From NCBI GenBank assembly GCA_024650005.2, contig CP122380.1:2048001-2112000 (forward strand): a DNA stretch of 64,000 nucleotides. The letters run 5' to 3'. The stretch comes from Candidatus Bathyarchaeum tardum. Its GTDB lineage: Archaea > Thermoproteota > Bathyarchaeia > Bathyarchaeales > Bathyarchaeaceae. The stretch's first letter is position 1. Each line of letters starts with the position of its first letter. Below, in pieces: positions 10,279-19,875 of this stretch. A program made the position numbers and the translations under genes. The notes below the pieces were generated by a model, which had not been told where the DNA came from, did no database searches, and saw only the letters and a program-made list of their open reading frames with translations.

Positions 10279-11376
10279 TTAATCAGCAGCCATTGCTTCC
10301 AGTTTTGTAGGCAAATATTCATCTACAATGTATGTTAAACCGTATCTACTGAAAGCTTCTTGTTCTGCTTTCTTTTTGATTTTTAGGAAAGTCTTTATTT
10401 CTCGTTTCCAGAGCTCGCCCTTATATCTTGGGTCTTTTTCGAGTTCATGAAGCCGTTTAATGTCCACATCAGTTAATGGATCCGTTGGCAACTTGTAATC
10501 CACAATATCAGTAGCGTATACTCCACCCCATTTCGCGTCAGGAGTAGTTAACCCCCTAAGATGAGCAGCGTTTGCAGACCCTGAAATGATTACCATAGCA
10601 ATATGCATCCCCCAGGGGTCACCATCAGTAAAGATGTAAACTGGAAGATCTAATTCTTGATTCAAACGATTAAGATAATGCCGAGTTGCTCGAGGAGCCT
10701 GACCGGCACACAAGACAAGAAGAGCATTGAATTTTTCGTGAACACGTTCTTCAATAAACCTAGTGAACAGACCACCTTTCTCGATGGCAATAACTTTGTC
10801 ACATTTATTTTGGGCAAACTCAGAGGAAACAACTGAGGGACCAAGCATTACACCGTCAGGATGAGAAGTCATGTTCAATTTTTTGCCCTCATACCCAGGA
10901 ACAGTATACTCAATAGTTAAATCACCAAACAGGGCAGAGCGCTCTTCAGGATACACATTAAAATCCTCTCGAGCAAAACCAGTTGCAGTTTCTAAGTCAG
11001 TAAGTATGTTATTGGATTCAGGCTGATCCTTGAAGGTCATCTCATAAGCTTGTGCAGAATAATACACATCCCTGAGGGTTGAAGTTTTTCTGTTTTTGAC
11101 AAGTTCACTAGCAAAAAAACCAGCCCAAACCATCTGGGTGAAAGGTTTAATGTGACGAATGTTTCTCGCATTCCGTTTAACATTTCGGTCCCCTAATATA
11201 TATTGGCGCTCATCAGGACTGTAGTAAATATTTTCCGTGGATCGACTAGGCATCTCAACTGAAGGAAACTGCCCTTTCTCAATCTGATCATAAAGCTCAC
11301 CACCAAAGTCTCTGAGGTCTTTGAGAACTTTTTCACTTCTCTTTTTCGATGAACTTTCAGTTTCCTTCTTCGTCAT
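10279..11376 (-). CDS. top6A: DNA topoisomerase VI subunit A
   Basis: STLRDVYY catalytic Tyr, IEK and DGDPWG TOPRIM motifs. Confidence 0.97.
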   Translation of the reverse strand: MTKKETESSSKKRSEKVLKDLRDFGGELYDQIEKGQFPSVEMPSRSTENIYYSPDERQYILGDRNVKRNARNIRHIKPFTQMVWAGFFASELVKNRKTSTLRDVYYSAQAYEMTFKDQPESNNILTDLETATGFAREDFNVYPEERSALFGDLTIEYTVPGYEGKKLNMTSHPDGVMLGPSVVSSEFAQNKCDKVIAIEKGGLFTRFIEERVHEKFNALLVLCAGQAPRATRHYLNRLNQELDLPVYIFTDGDPWGMHIAMVIISGSANAAHLRGLTTPDAKWGGVYATDIVDYKLPTDPLTDVDIKRLHELEKDPRYKGELWKREIKTFLKIKKKAEQEAFSRYGLTYIVDEYLPTKLEAMAAD

Positions 11377-13114
11377 ATTTCCTCACACTCTTCAACAATA
11401 GCTCAATATTTGGTGTTTCACTTTTTTCGGCTAAATCAGCAGAAAATCTTGCTATCTTCGGCAAATACTTTGCGAAAACAGTCAAACGTTTCTTCTCTTT
11501 AGCTACATGTTCCCGCTTTGCTAAAAAGGTCTGCAAACGACGAGCAACCTCACGGATTCCGTTAAGAATTTCAGTTTTTACTTCGGGCCTATCCGCAATA
11601 AACTCCTTACCAACAGTCTTGTAAGGAACTTTAGTACTGCACAAATGAACCAAAATCGCAATAGGCATACCCGAAGCAACTTTGTATCGTCTCCAGTTTA
11701 TTGAACGAATTACACGAACTGAAACGTCGCTTGCTTCATCGTACAATAACGGAATTTTATTGGCAAAACGATAAACAACAATATCATCCTTTTTCGGAAT
11801 GTTCCCCCCATAAGCAATAGCCGTTTCGATAATGAAAGGATGCCCAGCATAAGTGGATGGTTTTCGTTGACTAACTGCAACAAAGTCTGGCTTTAGTTCT
11901 TTAAGAATTCCAGCCCTTAACAGGTCTTCACCCAATGGAGACAAACAACTTGCATCTGGAGGAAGAAAATCAGTATATTTTTTCATCATCCGAACAAGTT
12001 TTACAATTTCAGGGGGTTTTAGTTTCTTTGGATTTTTACTTCGCACCAAACCAGAAGATGCAAGCAAACGAAGAATTTTACTCCGGTCAATTTTAGGGAA
12101 AATATCTGACAAGAAATCAGCCATATTATGAGCCTTTGTTTTCTTCAACAAGGGGGTTAGTTTTTTTTCATCCAGTCTTCCAAAAAAGTTTCGATATTTC
12201 TGGGATTTATTGTTAGTTTCCACAAGTTGAGTTAGTAAATCAGGATTTAGTCGTTTAGGATCAGGGGTTCTTACGAATTCTGCAAAATCCAAAAAACTTA
12301 GAGATGTTCCCTGCCCAACTCGATGGAAATGTTTGCGCATGAAATCTATCAGGTTTTTTGAGGTAGTAACCCGAATAAGCCGCTGTAGAGTTTCAACATC
12401 TACACCATAAGGATGCGCCAAAGTTTCTGTGGGAGGAGGCGGCATCTTATTTGTGACCTTATTGAACATGTACAATCTGCCTTTAGGGTCAACAAATTTT
12501 ATGTCAGCATAAGGAGTCAACAAGGCAGTTTGTTTGAGGTACTCCAAAATCTTAGACATCGCACGGTAATAGTCGCCCTCAAGAGAATATTCAACTATGG
12601 TTCCGCGCCAATTTTCCTTGTTTCTTCGGGTCTTGCGGTCCATTATAACAGGGCGGTTTCTTTGGATGTCTATCATCATTTTAAATTCGTAAACTTTGTT
12701 GCCGCCAGTGCTAGACTTTATAATAACTGGTTTATGAGTAGTAATCTGCCCATACAGAATCGACATTTTTCCGCCCAAACCAAAAGTTCCACGGGCTTGC
12801 TTGAGTTTGTAGTTTGAGCCAAACAGAACTTGACCAAACGCAGATGGAATATGACGGGGAGCGATTCCAGACCCGTTGTCCATAACCATTAATCGGTACA
12901 CACCGTTTCCTGATTCAGTACTGGGCTGTCCTTCTTCTTCAGTCAGGCGCACATACACTTCAGGGGAGACGCTAATTTGGTCAGCAGAGTCCAGAGAGTT
13001 TTCTACAATTTCTCGGATAGAAACGAAAACTGCTCGGGAAGGATTTGTGAATCCAGCAATGTCTCGGTTACGGTAAAAGAAATCTGCAGGACTAATTTCT
13101 TGGAAGGTTACCAA
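11357..13114 (-). CDS. top6B: DNA topoisomerase VI subunit B
   Basis: EIVENSLD, DNGSG, RGTFGLG GHKL motifs; RFANKIPLL. Confidence 0.97.
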   Translation of the reverse strand: MVTFQEISPADFFYRNRDIAGFTNPSRAVFVSIREIVENSLDSADQISVSPEVYVRLTEEEGQPSTESGNGVYRLMVMDNGSGIAPRHIPSAFGQVLFGSNYKLKQARGTFGLGGKMSILYGQITTHKPVIIKSSTGGNKVYEFKMMIDIQRNRPVIMDRKTRRNKENWRGTIVEYSLEGDYYRAMSKILEYLKQTALLTPYADIKFVDPKGRLYMFNKVTNKMPPPPTETLAHPYGVDVETLQRLIRVTTSKNLIDFMRKHFHRVGQGTSLSFLDFAEFVRTPDPKRLNPDLLTQLVETNNKSQKYRNFFGRLDEKKLTPLLKKTKAHNMADFLSDIFPKIDRSKILRLLASSGLVRSKNPKKLKPPEIVKLVRMMKKYTDFLPPDASCLSPLGEDLLRAGILKELKPDFVAVSQRKPSTYAGHPFIIETAIAYGGNIPKKDDIVVYRFANKIPLLYDEASDVSVRVIRSINWRRYKVASGMPIAILVHLCSTKVPYKTVGKEFIADRPEVKTEILNGIREVARRLQTFLAKREHVAKEKKRLTVFAKYLPKIARFSADLAEKSETPNIELLLKSVRKYDEEGN

Positions 13115-13338
13115 AGTTGGTTTGCACCGTCCCGTGAAATTCTATGCTTTAGATGCTGCTTTTTCAGTGTGTTTGCATTGTACCCAAGGTCTTTTTGACT
13201 GGGAACCGCCTCAGAACGGCATTGCATGATATGTAGCAACATGACAGGGTCATTCTTAGTTTTGTATGATATGTATTTCAATGTTTTTGTAAAATTTAAA
13301 GATTCACAAATTTGTGCCGTTTTCAAATGAGTGAAAAC

Positions 13339-13917
13339 TTATTCCTTATGTGTTGGTTCCCACAGTTGCAGTCGCTGTTTTTTGAGTTCTCGGCGTTTCT
13401 TGTGCAAGAAACGATACACAGTTCCGTGAAGACTGCCACCAATCAACATATTTACTGCCTCCCGGGCAATAGAAGCCTGATCGGGGTATCCAATAATCGC
13501 AACCGTGTGACCATAAATTGAAATATTTGCTTCGCTTAATTCTTCAATTATTTTTCGGGTTTTGCCTTCTTTTCCAATTAATCTTCCTTTTAGTCGTTTC
13601 AAATCAGACGGAGACCTACCTATTATGTCGCGTAGATCAATAACTTCAAACATAATTTCTTCGTCGTCAAGCAAACGAAAAGCAGGTTCAGGTGCAAAAC
13701 CTCGACCAATGGCAATTACTACTTCTTTGGCGCGGAACAAAACTGTTGGGTCCTCTGACGTTACAGGAAGGGTTATCTGCACGGTTCCATTTTCGCTGTC
13801 CACATCCAACTTCACCTTAAGTTTTCGTTCAATGATATTTTTCACACAACCATCTGGACCAACAAGAGCACCAATCCGATTTCCTGGAATCTTAACATAA
13901 CTAGTAATTCCTTCCAC
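13339..13917 (-). CDS. KH-domain pre-rRNA processing protein (Dim2/Pno1)
   Basis: AIGRGF, GRLIGKEGKT, G..HGTVY; adjacent to rio1. Confidence 0.93.
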   Translation of the reverse strand: MEGITSYVKIPGNRIGALVGPDGCVKNIIERKLKVKLDVDSENGTVQITLPVTSEDPTVLFRAKEVVIAIGRGFAPEPAFRLLDDEEIMFEVIDLRDIIGRSPSDLKRLKGRLIGKEGKTRKIIEELSEANISIYGHTVAIIGYPDQASIAREAVNMLIGGSLHGTVYRFLHKKRRELKKQRLQLWEPTHKE

Positions 13918-14698
13918 CTGTAACCCTCTCATACATTTTTTCCACTGATTGCACGGTTGAATCTAACCTTTTAAAGTATCTACGAATGTTTTCTAAATCC
14001 CGTCGCAGAAACTTGTCAGCTAGGGGATGACTGGTCAACACAGATTGGGCAACATCAAAAACCACAGGTTTTCCTTTCCACATCATGATGTTGTATTCAC
14101 TTAGGTCGGCATGCACTAATCCAGCTTTACTGTAAAGGCGTTTTAAATAAGTCATCAAAAGTTTGAAAACCTTTGCTGGATCTTCAAGTTCAGTTTCTTT
14201 CAACAGTGGCGCACGTTCACCATCCTTGCCAATAAATTCCATTATCAAAACGTTCTTTTGCACCGCAATTGGCTCGGGAACATTTACTTTTGCTTCATGG
14301 GCACGTTGCAAGTTCTTGTATTCTTTTTGCGCCCAAGTATAAATCAAAGAACGAGTGTCCCTACGAACATGTGCAAATCTTTGGTCACCTTCAATGTATG
14401 GAAGCATTCCTTTTTTGAATTCTGCTGAACTTGTAAGATAAATTTTGATTGCCAACTCGTTTCCTTGAGGGTCTTTACCCAAGTATATCCGAGCTTCTTT
14501 TCCAGCATTCACAACACCATGAATTTCATCAATTATTCCCTTGTTCATGAAATCGTAAATCGTCATTACTGTAGATTTGTCAAAAACTTCTTCAATTACT
14601 TGGTAGTCCTCGCTCCGCTTATTTTTCATCAACGAACCAATTTCGTATGCTCTTTGCTTACGGTCGAGCTTTCTATCCACTTTGTCTCTAAAAGTCAC
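13901..14698 (-). CDS. rio1: RIO1 serine kinase
   Basis: GKEA, AIKIY, HADLSEYN, DVAQSV. Confidence 0.95.
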   Translation of the reverse strand: MTFRDKVDRKLDRKQRAYEIGSLMKNKRSEDYQVIEEVFDKSTVMTIYDFMNKGIIDEIHGVVNAGKEARIYLGKDPQGNELAIKIYLTSSAEFKKGMLPYIEGDQRFAHVRRDTRSLIYTWAQKEYKNLQRAHEAKVNVPEPIAVQKNVLIMEFIGKDGERAPLLKETELEDPAKVFKLLMTYLKRLYSKAGLVHADLSEYNIMMWKGKPVVFDVAQSVLTSHPLADKFLRRDLENIRRYFKRLDSTVQSVEKMYERVTGGRNY

Positions 14699-14825
14699 AA
14701 CAGACCTTCCTACACAGCAGTGTCAAACAAGCCCCTATTTAGGTTTCTATGCAATTAAAAAAACCTAAAAATACTCATTTGTCCAACAATATTATCGTTT
14801 AGTTATCCAGCAGGGTGATCCAAAG

Positions 14826-15179
14826 ATGAAGTATGTTAAAGCAGATGAAAAAGAATGGTTGAAACGCGCTGGTTACTCCAAAAAAGTTTTGCTTAGTGAA
14901 GAGGATTTGAATTCTAAAGGAAATCTTGTTCAAATAGTTAACAGCGAATCACATACTGAAATAAAGCCGCATTATCATAAACAAATGAAAGAAGTTTATC
15001 ATATCCTCAAAGGAAACGCAATTGTTTTTTGTGGAGATTCACGGGTTCGGGTTCAACCTCACGATACCATATTGTGTGAACCGGGAGAAATTCATGGGGT
15101 AGTTAATGATACCGATGAGTTGTTTCAAATTGTTGTTTTCAAAATGAATGCAAAAGACGACGACATCCATTGGGTTTAA
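14826..15179 (+). CDS. Cupin domain protein
   Basis: PHYH...E.YHILKG and PGEIHG cupin motifs. Confidence 0.88.
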   Translation: MKYVKADEKEWLKRAGYSKKVLLSEEDLNSKGNLVQIVNSESHTEIKPHYHKQMKEVYHILKGNAIVFCGDSRVRVQPHDTILCEPGEIHGVVNDTDELFQIVVFKMNAKDDDIHWV

Positions 15180-15182
15180 CAG

Positions 15183-15479
15183 TTAAATCTTGACTATTTG
15201 TGCGTGGGGCACGCCACAGATGTCAAGAACTGCTTCAGGATGAACTAGACCTTTTTCGATGGCCTTTTTTACGACATTAGGACCAACCAAGTTTACTACA
15301 GTTGATTCTTCCATCAAACTAACAGCGTCGTCCAAGGGAATTTTTGGACCTTTATAGAATTCTTCCCCAATTTTGAAAACAATTTTTCCGTCTTTTAGAA
15401 TCTGACCTAACAATTCCTCGTCACAGGCGGCAAGAAGCACATGTTCGCCACATTTGCTTAACTTTGCATAGACTTCCAA
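15183..15479 (-). CDS. DUF424 family protein
   Basis: LAACDEELLG, FY.G, NLVG, PHAQ. Confidence 0.9.
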   Translation of the reverse strand: MEVYAKLSKCGEHVLLAACDEELLGQILKDGKIVFKIGEEFYKGPKIPLDDAVSLMEESTVVNLVGPNVVKKAIEKGLVHPEAVLDICGVPHAQIVKI

Positions 15480-15490
15480 GGTTAAGAACT

Positions 15491-15895
15491 CTACAAGGTT
15501 GATATTGATGATCTTGCTCCGCATGCTTCACAGACCAAAAACAGGAACCGTTTGTCCTTAACAATTTTTGTATCTGGACGGGTGCAAACTGGACAAACTA
15601 CGAATTCTTTGATGTATCTTTGAGTCAGGCGCTGAAAAGTATCAGGATAAAATTTTCCTTGAAAGATTGCTCGGTTTCTTTGCATTGTTGCTGCAGTAGC
15701 CATTTCTTTTGAAAAGAACTTGAGAACATGCCGGGGGTCACGATTCAATGCGTCACAAATTTCTTTAAAATTGGCGAGAATTGTTCGCATACCATTGATG
15801 AAGCTTCGAGGTTCGGGAACTTCAAACCGTTTGTGTTCACTTATGTCTGAAGGAAGCTGTGATTGAGCACGTTCAAGTAATTCTTTGTAATCCAT
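15491..15895 (-). CDS. Translation initiation factor aIF-2 beta
   Basis: RFEVP, NF.EI...LNR, CPVC..PDT and CEACGA zinc ribbon. Confidence 0.95.
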   Translation of the reverse strand: MDYKELLERAQSQLPSDISEHKRFEVPEPRSFINGMRTILANFKEICDALNRDPRHVLKFFSKEMATAATMQRNRAIFQGKFYPDTFQRLTQRYIKEFVVCPVCTRPDTKIVKDKRFLFLVCEACGARSSISTL

Positions 15896-16037
15896 CCCTA
15901 ACGCCTACCCTACAGGAGATTTACGCCAAATAAAAGCCCTTCCCTTTTTTTGAAACAAAGAACCAACAAGTTTACCAATTGACCAGAACACATATTTGAG
16001 TTAACGAGTTTAATTTTAATGCATTCAGGGGATTGTA

Positions 16038-16289
16038 ATGGGTCTTTTCGACAGCGCTGTTTCCGTTTTATCAAGGATAGCTTTCAGGTTCGAGTTTTTG
16101 TTTCCGCAGTTTATTGGTTATCTTATTGGTAAAAAGTTGAAAGATTACAAAAAAAGTGGATTACTTGAAGATTATAAAATCAAATCCACCAGAAAGGGAA
16201 AGCACCATTACTTTTTTGATATGGACCTGTTTTTGAAAATTGATAAAGGGGGTGAACTATCGTGGTTGAAGAAAATAAAGGACACGTGA
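16038..16289 (+). CDS. Hypothetical protein
   Basis: 83-aa ORF with AGGGGA RBS and ATG start. Confidence 0.6.
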   Translation: MGLFDSAVSVLSRIAFRFEFLFPQFIGYLIGKKLKDYKKSGLLEDYKIKSTRKGKHHYFFDMDLFLKIDKGGELSWLKKIKDT

Positions 16290-16405
16290 AAGTAACTTTA
16301 GATGTCGAAATAAACGCTGCATTGATGGATATGATTAAAGAATGTATGAACAACATGCCTCAAGCAATACAGATGATTGCCGAACACCAGAAAAAGAAAG
16401 AGTGA
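16262..16405 (+). CDS. Small hypothetical protein (47 aa, MVEENKGHVKVTLDVEINAALMDMIKECM...), not in the ORF track
   Basis: GGGGGTGA RBS upstream of GTG; open frame to TGA at 16403-16405. Confidence 0.6.
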   Translation: MVEENKGHVKVTLDVEINAALMDMIKECMNNMPQAIQMIAEHQKKKE

Positions 16406-16571
16406 ACAAAAATTAGTGTAAAAACATTCTTGTAAGCTTTGAATTAGGGCACTTTGTAAAATTCTAAAACAAAAAAAGTTAGATGGCATCAGGTTTGGTC
16501 AAGTATCAGGTCTAAATGCAGAAAATCCTTAAATCTTAACTTGACAATCGGGTAATAAGAAAATTTACGGA

Positions 16572-16649
16572 GGGCCCGTAGCTCAGTTCGGTTAGAGCGC
16601 CAGGCTCATAACCTGGTGGTCGCTGGTTCAAATCCGGCCGGGCCCACCA
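16572..16649 (+). tRNA. tRNA-Ile2 (CAT anticodon; elongator Met less likely)
   Basis: Cloverleaf with GGGCCCG/CGGGCCC acceptor, A73, CCAGG-CT-CAT-AA-CCTGG, encoded CCA; the GGGCCC acceptor is typical of archaeal Ile tRNAs. Confidence 0.9.
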
Positions 16650-16714
16650 TAACAGTTTTGGTGGAAAAACGATTTACTCACCATTCTACAAAGTCAATTA
16701 AAGATGTGCAAACA

Positions 16715-17905
16715 ATGAAGATAGAACTTGACAACATTTTAGCTGAAAACAATGTGGATTCGTTGTTTTTGTATTCTGACAGTTCTCGAGATGCTAACAT
16801 GTATTATCTTACACAGTTTTTTGCGCCTGATGCTTTCATTTTTTTGAAAAAAATCAACCAAGAGCCAATTATTGTAGTTAGTCAGATGGAGTGTTCACGT
16901 GCACAAAAGCAGTCTACTGTTAAAAACGTGAAGTCATACTTTGATTACAATTATCAAAAAATTGTGAAATCAGCAAAAAATCCTCAACTAGGTAGGGTCG
17001 ACTTCATCGTAAAAGTAGCTGAAAAAGAGTTGGGCAAAGGTTCCAAGATTTGTGTGCCTCCAAATTTTCCGTTATTGGTTGCTGATTTTCTAAGAAAAGA
17101 GGGTCTATCTGTTACGCCTATGTTAGGTGTTGTTGAAAAAGCCCGAGAAACTAAAGGCATCCAAGAAGTTGAAGTAATTAAAAAGATTCAACAGATTAAC
17201 GAGAAAGTTACGTCTGAGGCAATTGATTTGATTGCTAACACGGAAGTTGGTGCCAACAAGATTTTGTTGCAAGATGGAGAACCATTAACGGTAGGCAATG
17301 TGAAAGCGTTTTTTGGTTACAAGCTTTTAGAAAATGGTTGTTTGCCCGAAGAAGACCTCATTGTGGCATGTGGACCAAAATCGTCGGATCCCCATTACGC
17401 GGGTGAAGCTGATGACAAACTTAAAGCAGATCAACCAATAATTTTGGACATTTATCCGCGGAGCATACAGAAACGTTACTGGGCAGACATGACCCGAACA
17501 GTAGTGAAAGGAAAAGCCTCACTGGAAGTCAAAAAGATGTTTGATGCAGTTTTTGAGGCAAAGAATGCTTCGTTGGATGCAGTTCATGCTGGAGCTATTG
17601 GAAGTCAAGTTTACGATGTTTGTTGTGATGTTTTAGAAAAAAATGGTTATCAGACTGAACGAAACGGGCAAAAAGTGACGAAAGGTATGACACATGGTTT
17701 GGGTCATGGGGTGGGTTTGCAGATTCATGAAAGCCCTAGAATCAATGAGTTTTCGAGTTTTCCCTTAAAGGAACACGTTGTTGTAACTATTGAACCCGGA
17801 GTCTACAATCCAAAAGTTGGGGGATTACGTTTAGAAGATATTATTGAAGTGACAAAATCGGGTTACAATAATTTAACGAAAATGGGCACCCAGTTAGAAA
17901 TTTAG
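16715..17905 (+). CDS. Xaa-Pro aminopeptidase (M24B)
   Basis: PHY, ILDIYP, ADMTRT, HGLGHGVGLQIHE.P, TIEPGVY, GGLRLED; start trimmed to avoid the tRNA. Confidence 0.93.
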   Translation: MKIELDNILAENNVDSLFLYSDSSRDANMYYLTQFFAPDAFIFLKKINQEPIIVVSQMECSRAQKQSTVKNVKSYFDYNYQKIVKSAKNPQLGRVDFIVKVAEKELGKGSKICVPPNFPLLVADFLRKEGLSVTPMLGVVEKARETKGIQEVEVIKKIQQINEKVTSEAIDLIANTEVGANKILLQDGEPLTVGNVKAFFGYKLLENGCLPEEDLIVACGPKSSDPHYAGEADDKLKADQPIILDIYPRSIQKRYWADMTRTVVKGKASLEVKKMFDAVFEAKNASLDAVHAGAIGSQVYDVCCDVLEKNGYQTERNGQKVTKGMTHGLGHGVGLQIHESPRINEFSSFPLKEHVVVTIEPGVYNPKVGGLRLEDIIEVTKSGYNNLTKMGTQLEI

Positions 17906-18027
17906 GCCATTAGTTGGTTTTTGACAGTAAAATAAAATTAGCCTTTTTGTTTGAGTTAAAAAAATGAAGATTATACTTATCTAGTTGGGTTGCCTTTTTT
18001 TTCAAGGTTATCAGCGGAGGATTAAAG

Positions 18028-19875
18028 TTGAGTTTTGCAAAGCAGGCTCTTTTTTTGGATTTGGCAACTGGAAAAGCTGAAACTAAAGCGTTAGACGAAC
18101 AATTATTGAAAGATTATATTGGAGGCGTAGGTCTTGGAGTCAAGTTGTGGTTAGACCACTCCAAGAAGTGTGTAGATTCCTTTGGTGCTGATAATCCAAT
18201 AGTTTTTGTTACGGGGGCATTAACTGGTACAATTTCTCCCTTGGGGGGAAACGGTTATGCTGTGGTTTCCAAGTCTCCGTTAACTGAATTAGTTTGTGCT
18301 GCAAAGACTCATGGGTTTTTTGGGGCAGAATTAAAACAAGCAGGATACGATGCTATAGTTATTACAGGTAAATCTGAAAAACTGGTTTACGTGTGGATTG
18401 ACGATGATTCAGTTCAGTTAGTTGATGCTTCCCGTTTAGTTGGCAAGTCTCCTCAAGAAACTGTAGAAGCAATCAAAGATGAACAAGGTGACTGTTATGT
18501 TCGTGTCTGCGCGGTTGGTGCAGCTGCAGAAAAGCTTGTTCGGTTTGCGTGTATAATTAATGATGATCAGCGAGTTGCTGGGCGAGGTGGAATGGGGGCT
18601 GTTTTGGGTTCCAAGAACGTGAAAGCAGTCGCAGTTCGTGGAACGAAAGATGTGAATGTTGCAAAATATAAAGTGTTTACAGATTTTGTGAGAAACATTT
18701 TCGAGCGCATGAAAGAGCCCCAAGCCCGCAACTATCGGCATTTAGGAAGCTCAGACAGCCTAGTTGCTTTGAATCGTTTGGCAGCTTTGCCTAGTCGTAA
18801 TTTTTCGCAAGCTACTTTTGAGAAAATTAAAAACGTTACTGGCGAATCCTTGAAGGCATATGTGCAAAAAGTTGTGGGTTGTTCAACATGTGGTTTACGG
18901 TTTGATTGTTTGTCCAATGTCCCTGATGGGAAATATGCTGGAAGCACTGCGAATCTAAAGTTTGAAAGTTTGTGGGCAGTTGGTCCCCTTTGTGGAGTTG
19001 ATCGATTAGATGCAATTATTGAAGCAATCAGGTTATGCGACAACTATGGTTTGGATGTTATCTCTGCAGGAGCATCGGTTGCTTTTGTTATGGACCTTTA
19101 TGAAAGCAAGATTATAACTGATAAAGAAACTGAAGGCTTGAATCTTGATTTTGGAAACCATGAAGCCCTCCTTGAAGTAATAAAGCGGATTGGGGTTCGT
19201 GAAGGTTGGTTGGGTGAGGTTCTTTCTGACGGAACAAAATTAGCTGCTGAAAAGATTGGAAAAGGTTCAAACAAGTATGCGAATCATGTTAAGGGCTTGG
19301 AACTGCAAGGGTATGACCTTAGGTCACTAAAGACTGCAGCGTTAGGTGCTACAGTTTCGTCTTGTGGGGCACGTTCTGGGGTTTATGCTTGTTTGTTTGA
19401 TATTGAAGGAAAAGTTGATCGTTTAAAGATTAGAAAGGGTCAAGGGAAACTTGTTGCCGAAACTGAAGATTTGTACAATGTTGTTGATTCTTTGATGTTA
19501 TGCAAATATTCTAAGCGGGTTATTGACGGATTCAAGGACATGGCAGAGTATTACAGGTTAGCTACTGGCATTAAAGTAACAGAGAAAGATTTGATGAAAA
19601 CAGGGGAACGTATTAAGAATCTTGTTCGGGCAATTAATCTTCGTGAGGGCAAGGGAACTCGAATTGATGATGTGTTGCCGTGGAAGATTATGAATGTGCC
19701 AATTCCAGATGAGGGCGTAGCCAAGGGTTCAGTTGTAACTAAAACTGAAATTGACCTTGGATTGGATGACTACTACAGTGTTCGTAGTTGGGACAAAAAT
19801 GGTGTTCCTACGGTTAAGAAGCTTGAAGAGTTAGGTTTAGGTGAGCTCGTTAAGTTTGTGGAGAACCAAAAATAG
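18028..19875 (+). CDS. Aldehyde:ferredoxin oxidoreductase family (W-pterin) protein, divergent
   Basis: SKSPLT, AGRGGMGAVLGSKNVKA, DNYGLD, DSLMLC, YY..RSWD..G.P. Confidence 0.9.
   Translation: MSFAKQALFLDLATGKAETKALDEQLLKDYIGGVGLGVKLWLDHSKKCVDSFGADNPIVFVTGALTGTISPLGGNGYAVVSKSPLTELVCAAKTHGFFGAELKQAGYDAIVITGKSEKLVYVWIDDDSVQLVDASRLVGKSPQETVEAIKDEQGDCYVRVCAVGAAAEKLVRFACIINDDQRVAGRGGMGAVLGSKNVKAVAVRGTKDVNVAKYKVFTDFVRNIFERMKEPQARNYRHLGSSDSLVALNRLAALPSRNFSQATFEKIKNVTGESLKAYVQKVVGCSTCGLRFDCLSNVPDGKYAGSTANLKFESLWAVGPLCGVDRLDAIIEAIRLCDNYGLDVISAGASVAFVMDLYESKIITDKETEGLNLDFGNHEALLEVIKRIGVREGWLGEVLSDGTKLAAEKIGKGSNKYANHVKGLELQGYDLRSLKTAALGATVSSCGARSGVYACLFDIEGKVDRLKIRKGQGKLVAETEDLYNVVDSLMLCKYSKRVIDGFKDMAEYYRLATGIKVTEKDLMKTGERIKNLVRAINLREGKGTRIDDVLPWKIMNVPIPDEGVAKGSVVTKTEIDLGLDDYYSVRSWDKNGVPTVKKLEELGLGELVKFVENQK

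Noticed and set aside
13108-13326. 72-aa ORF between the KH gene and top6B
   Set aside because: No recognisable motif or RBS; more likely intergenic or UTR sequence
16616-16714. N-terminal extension of the peptidase ORF
   Set aside because: It overlaps the tRNA; the ATG at 16715 is the plausible start
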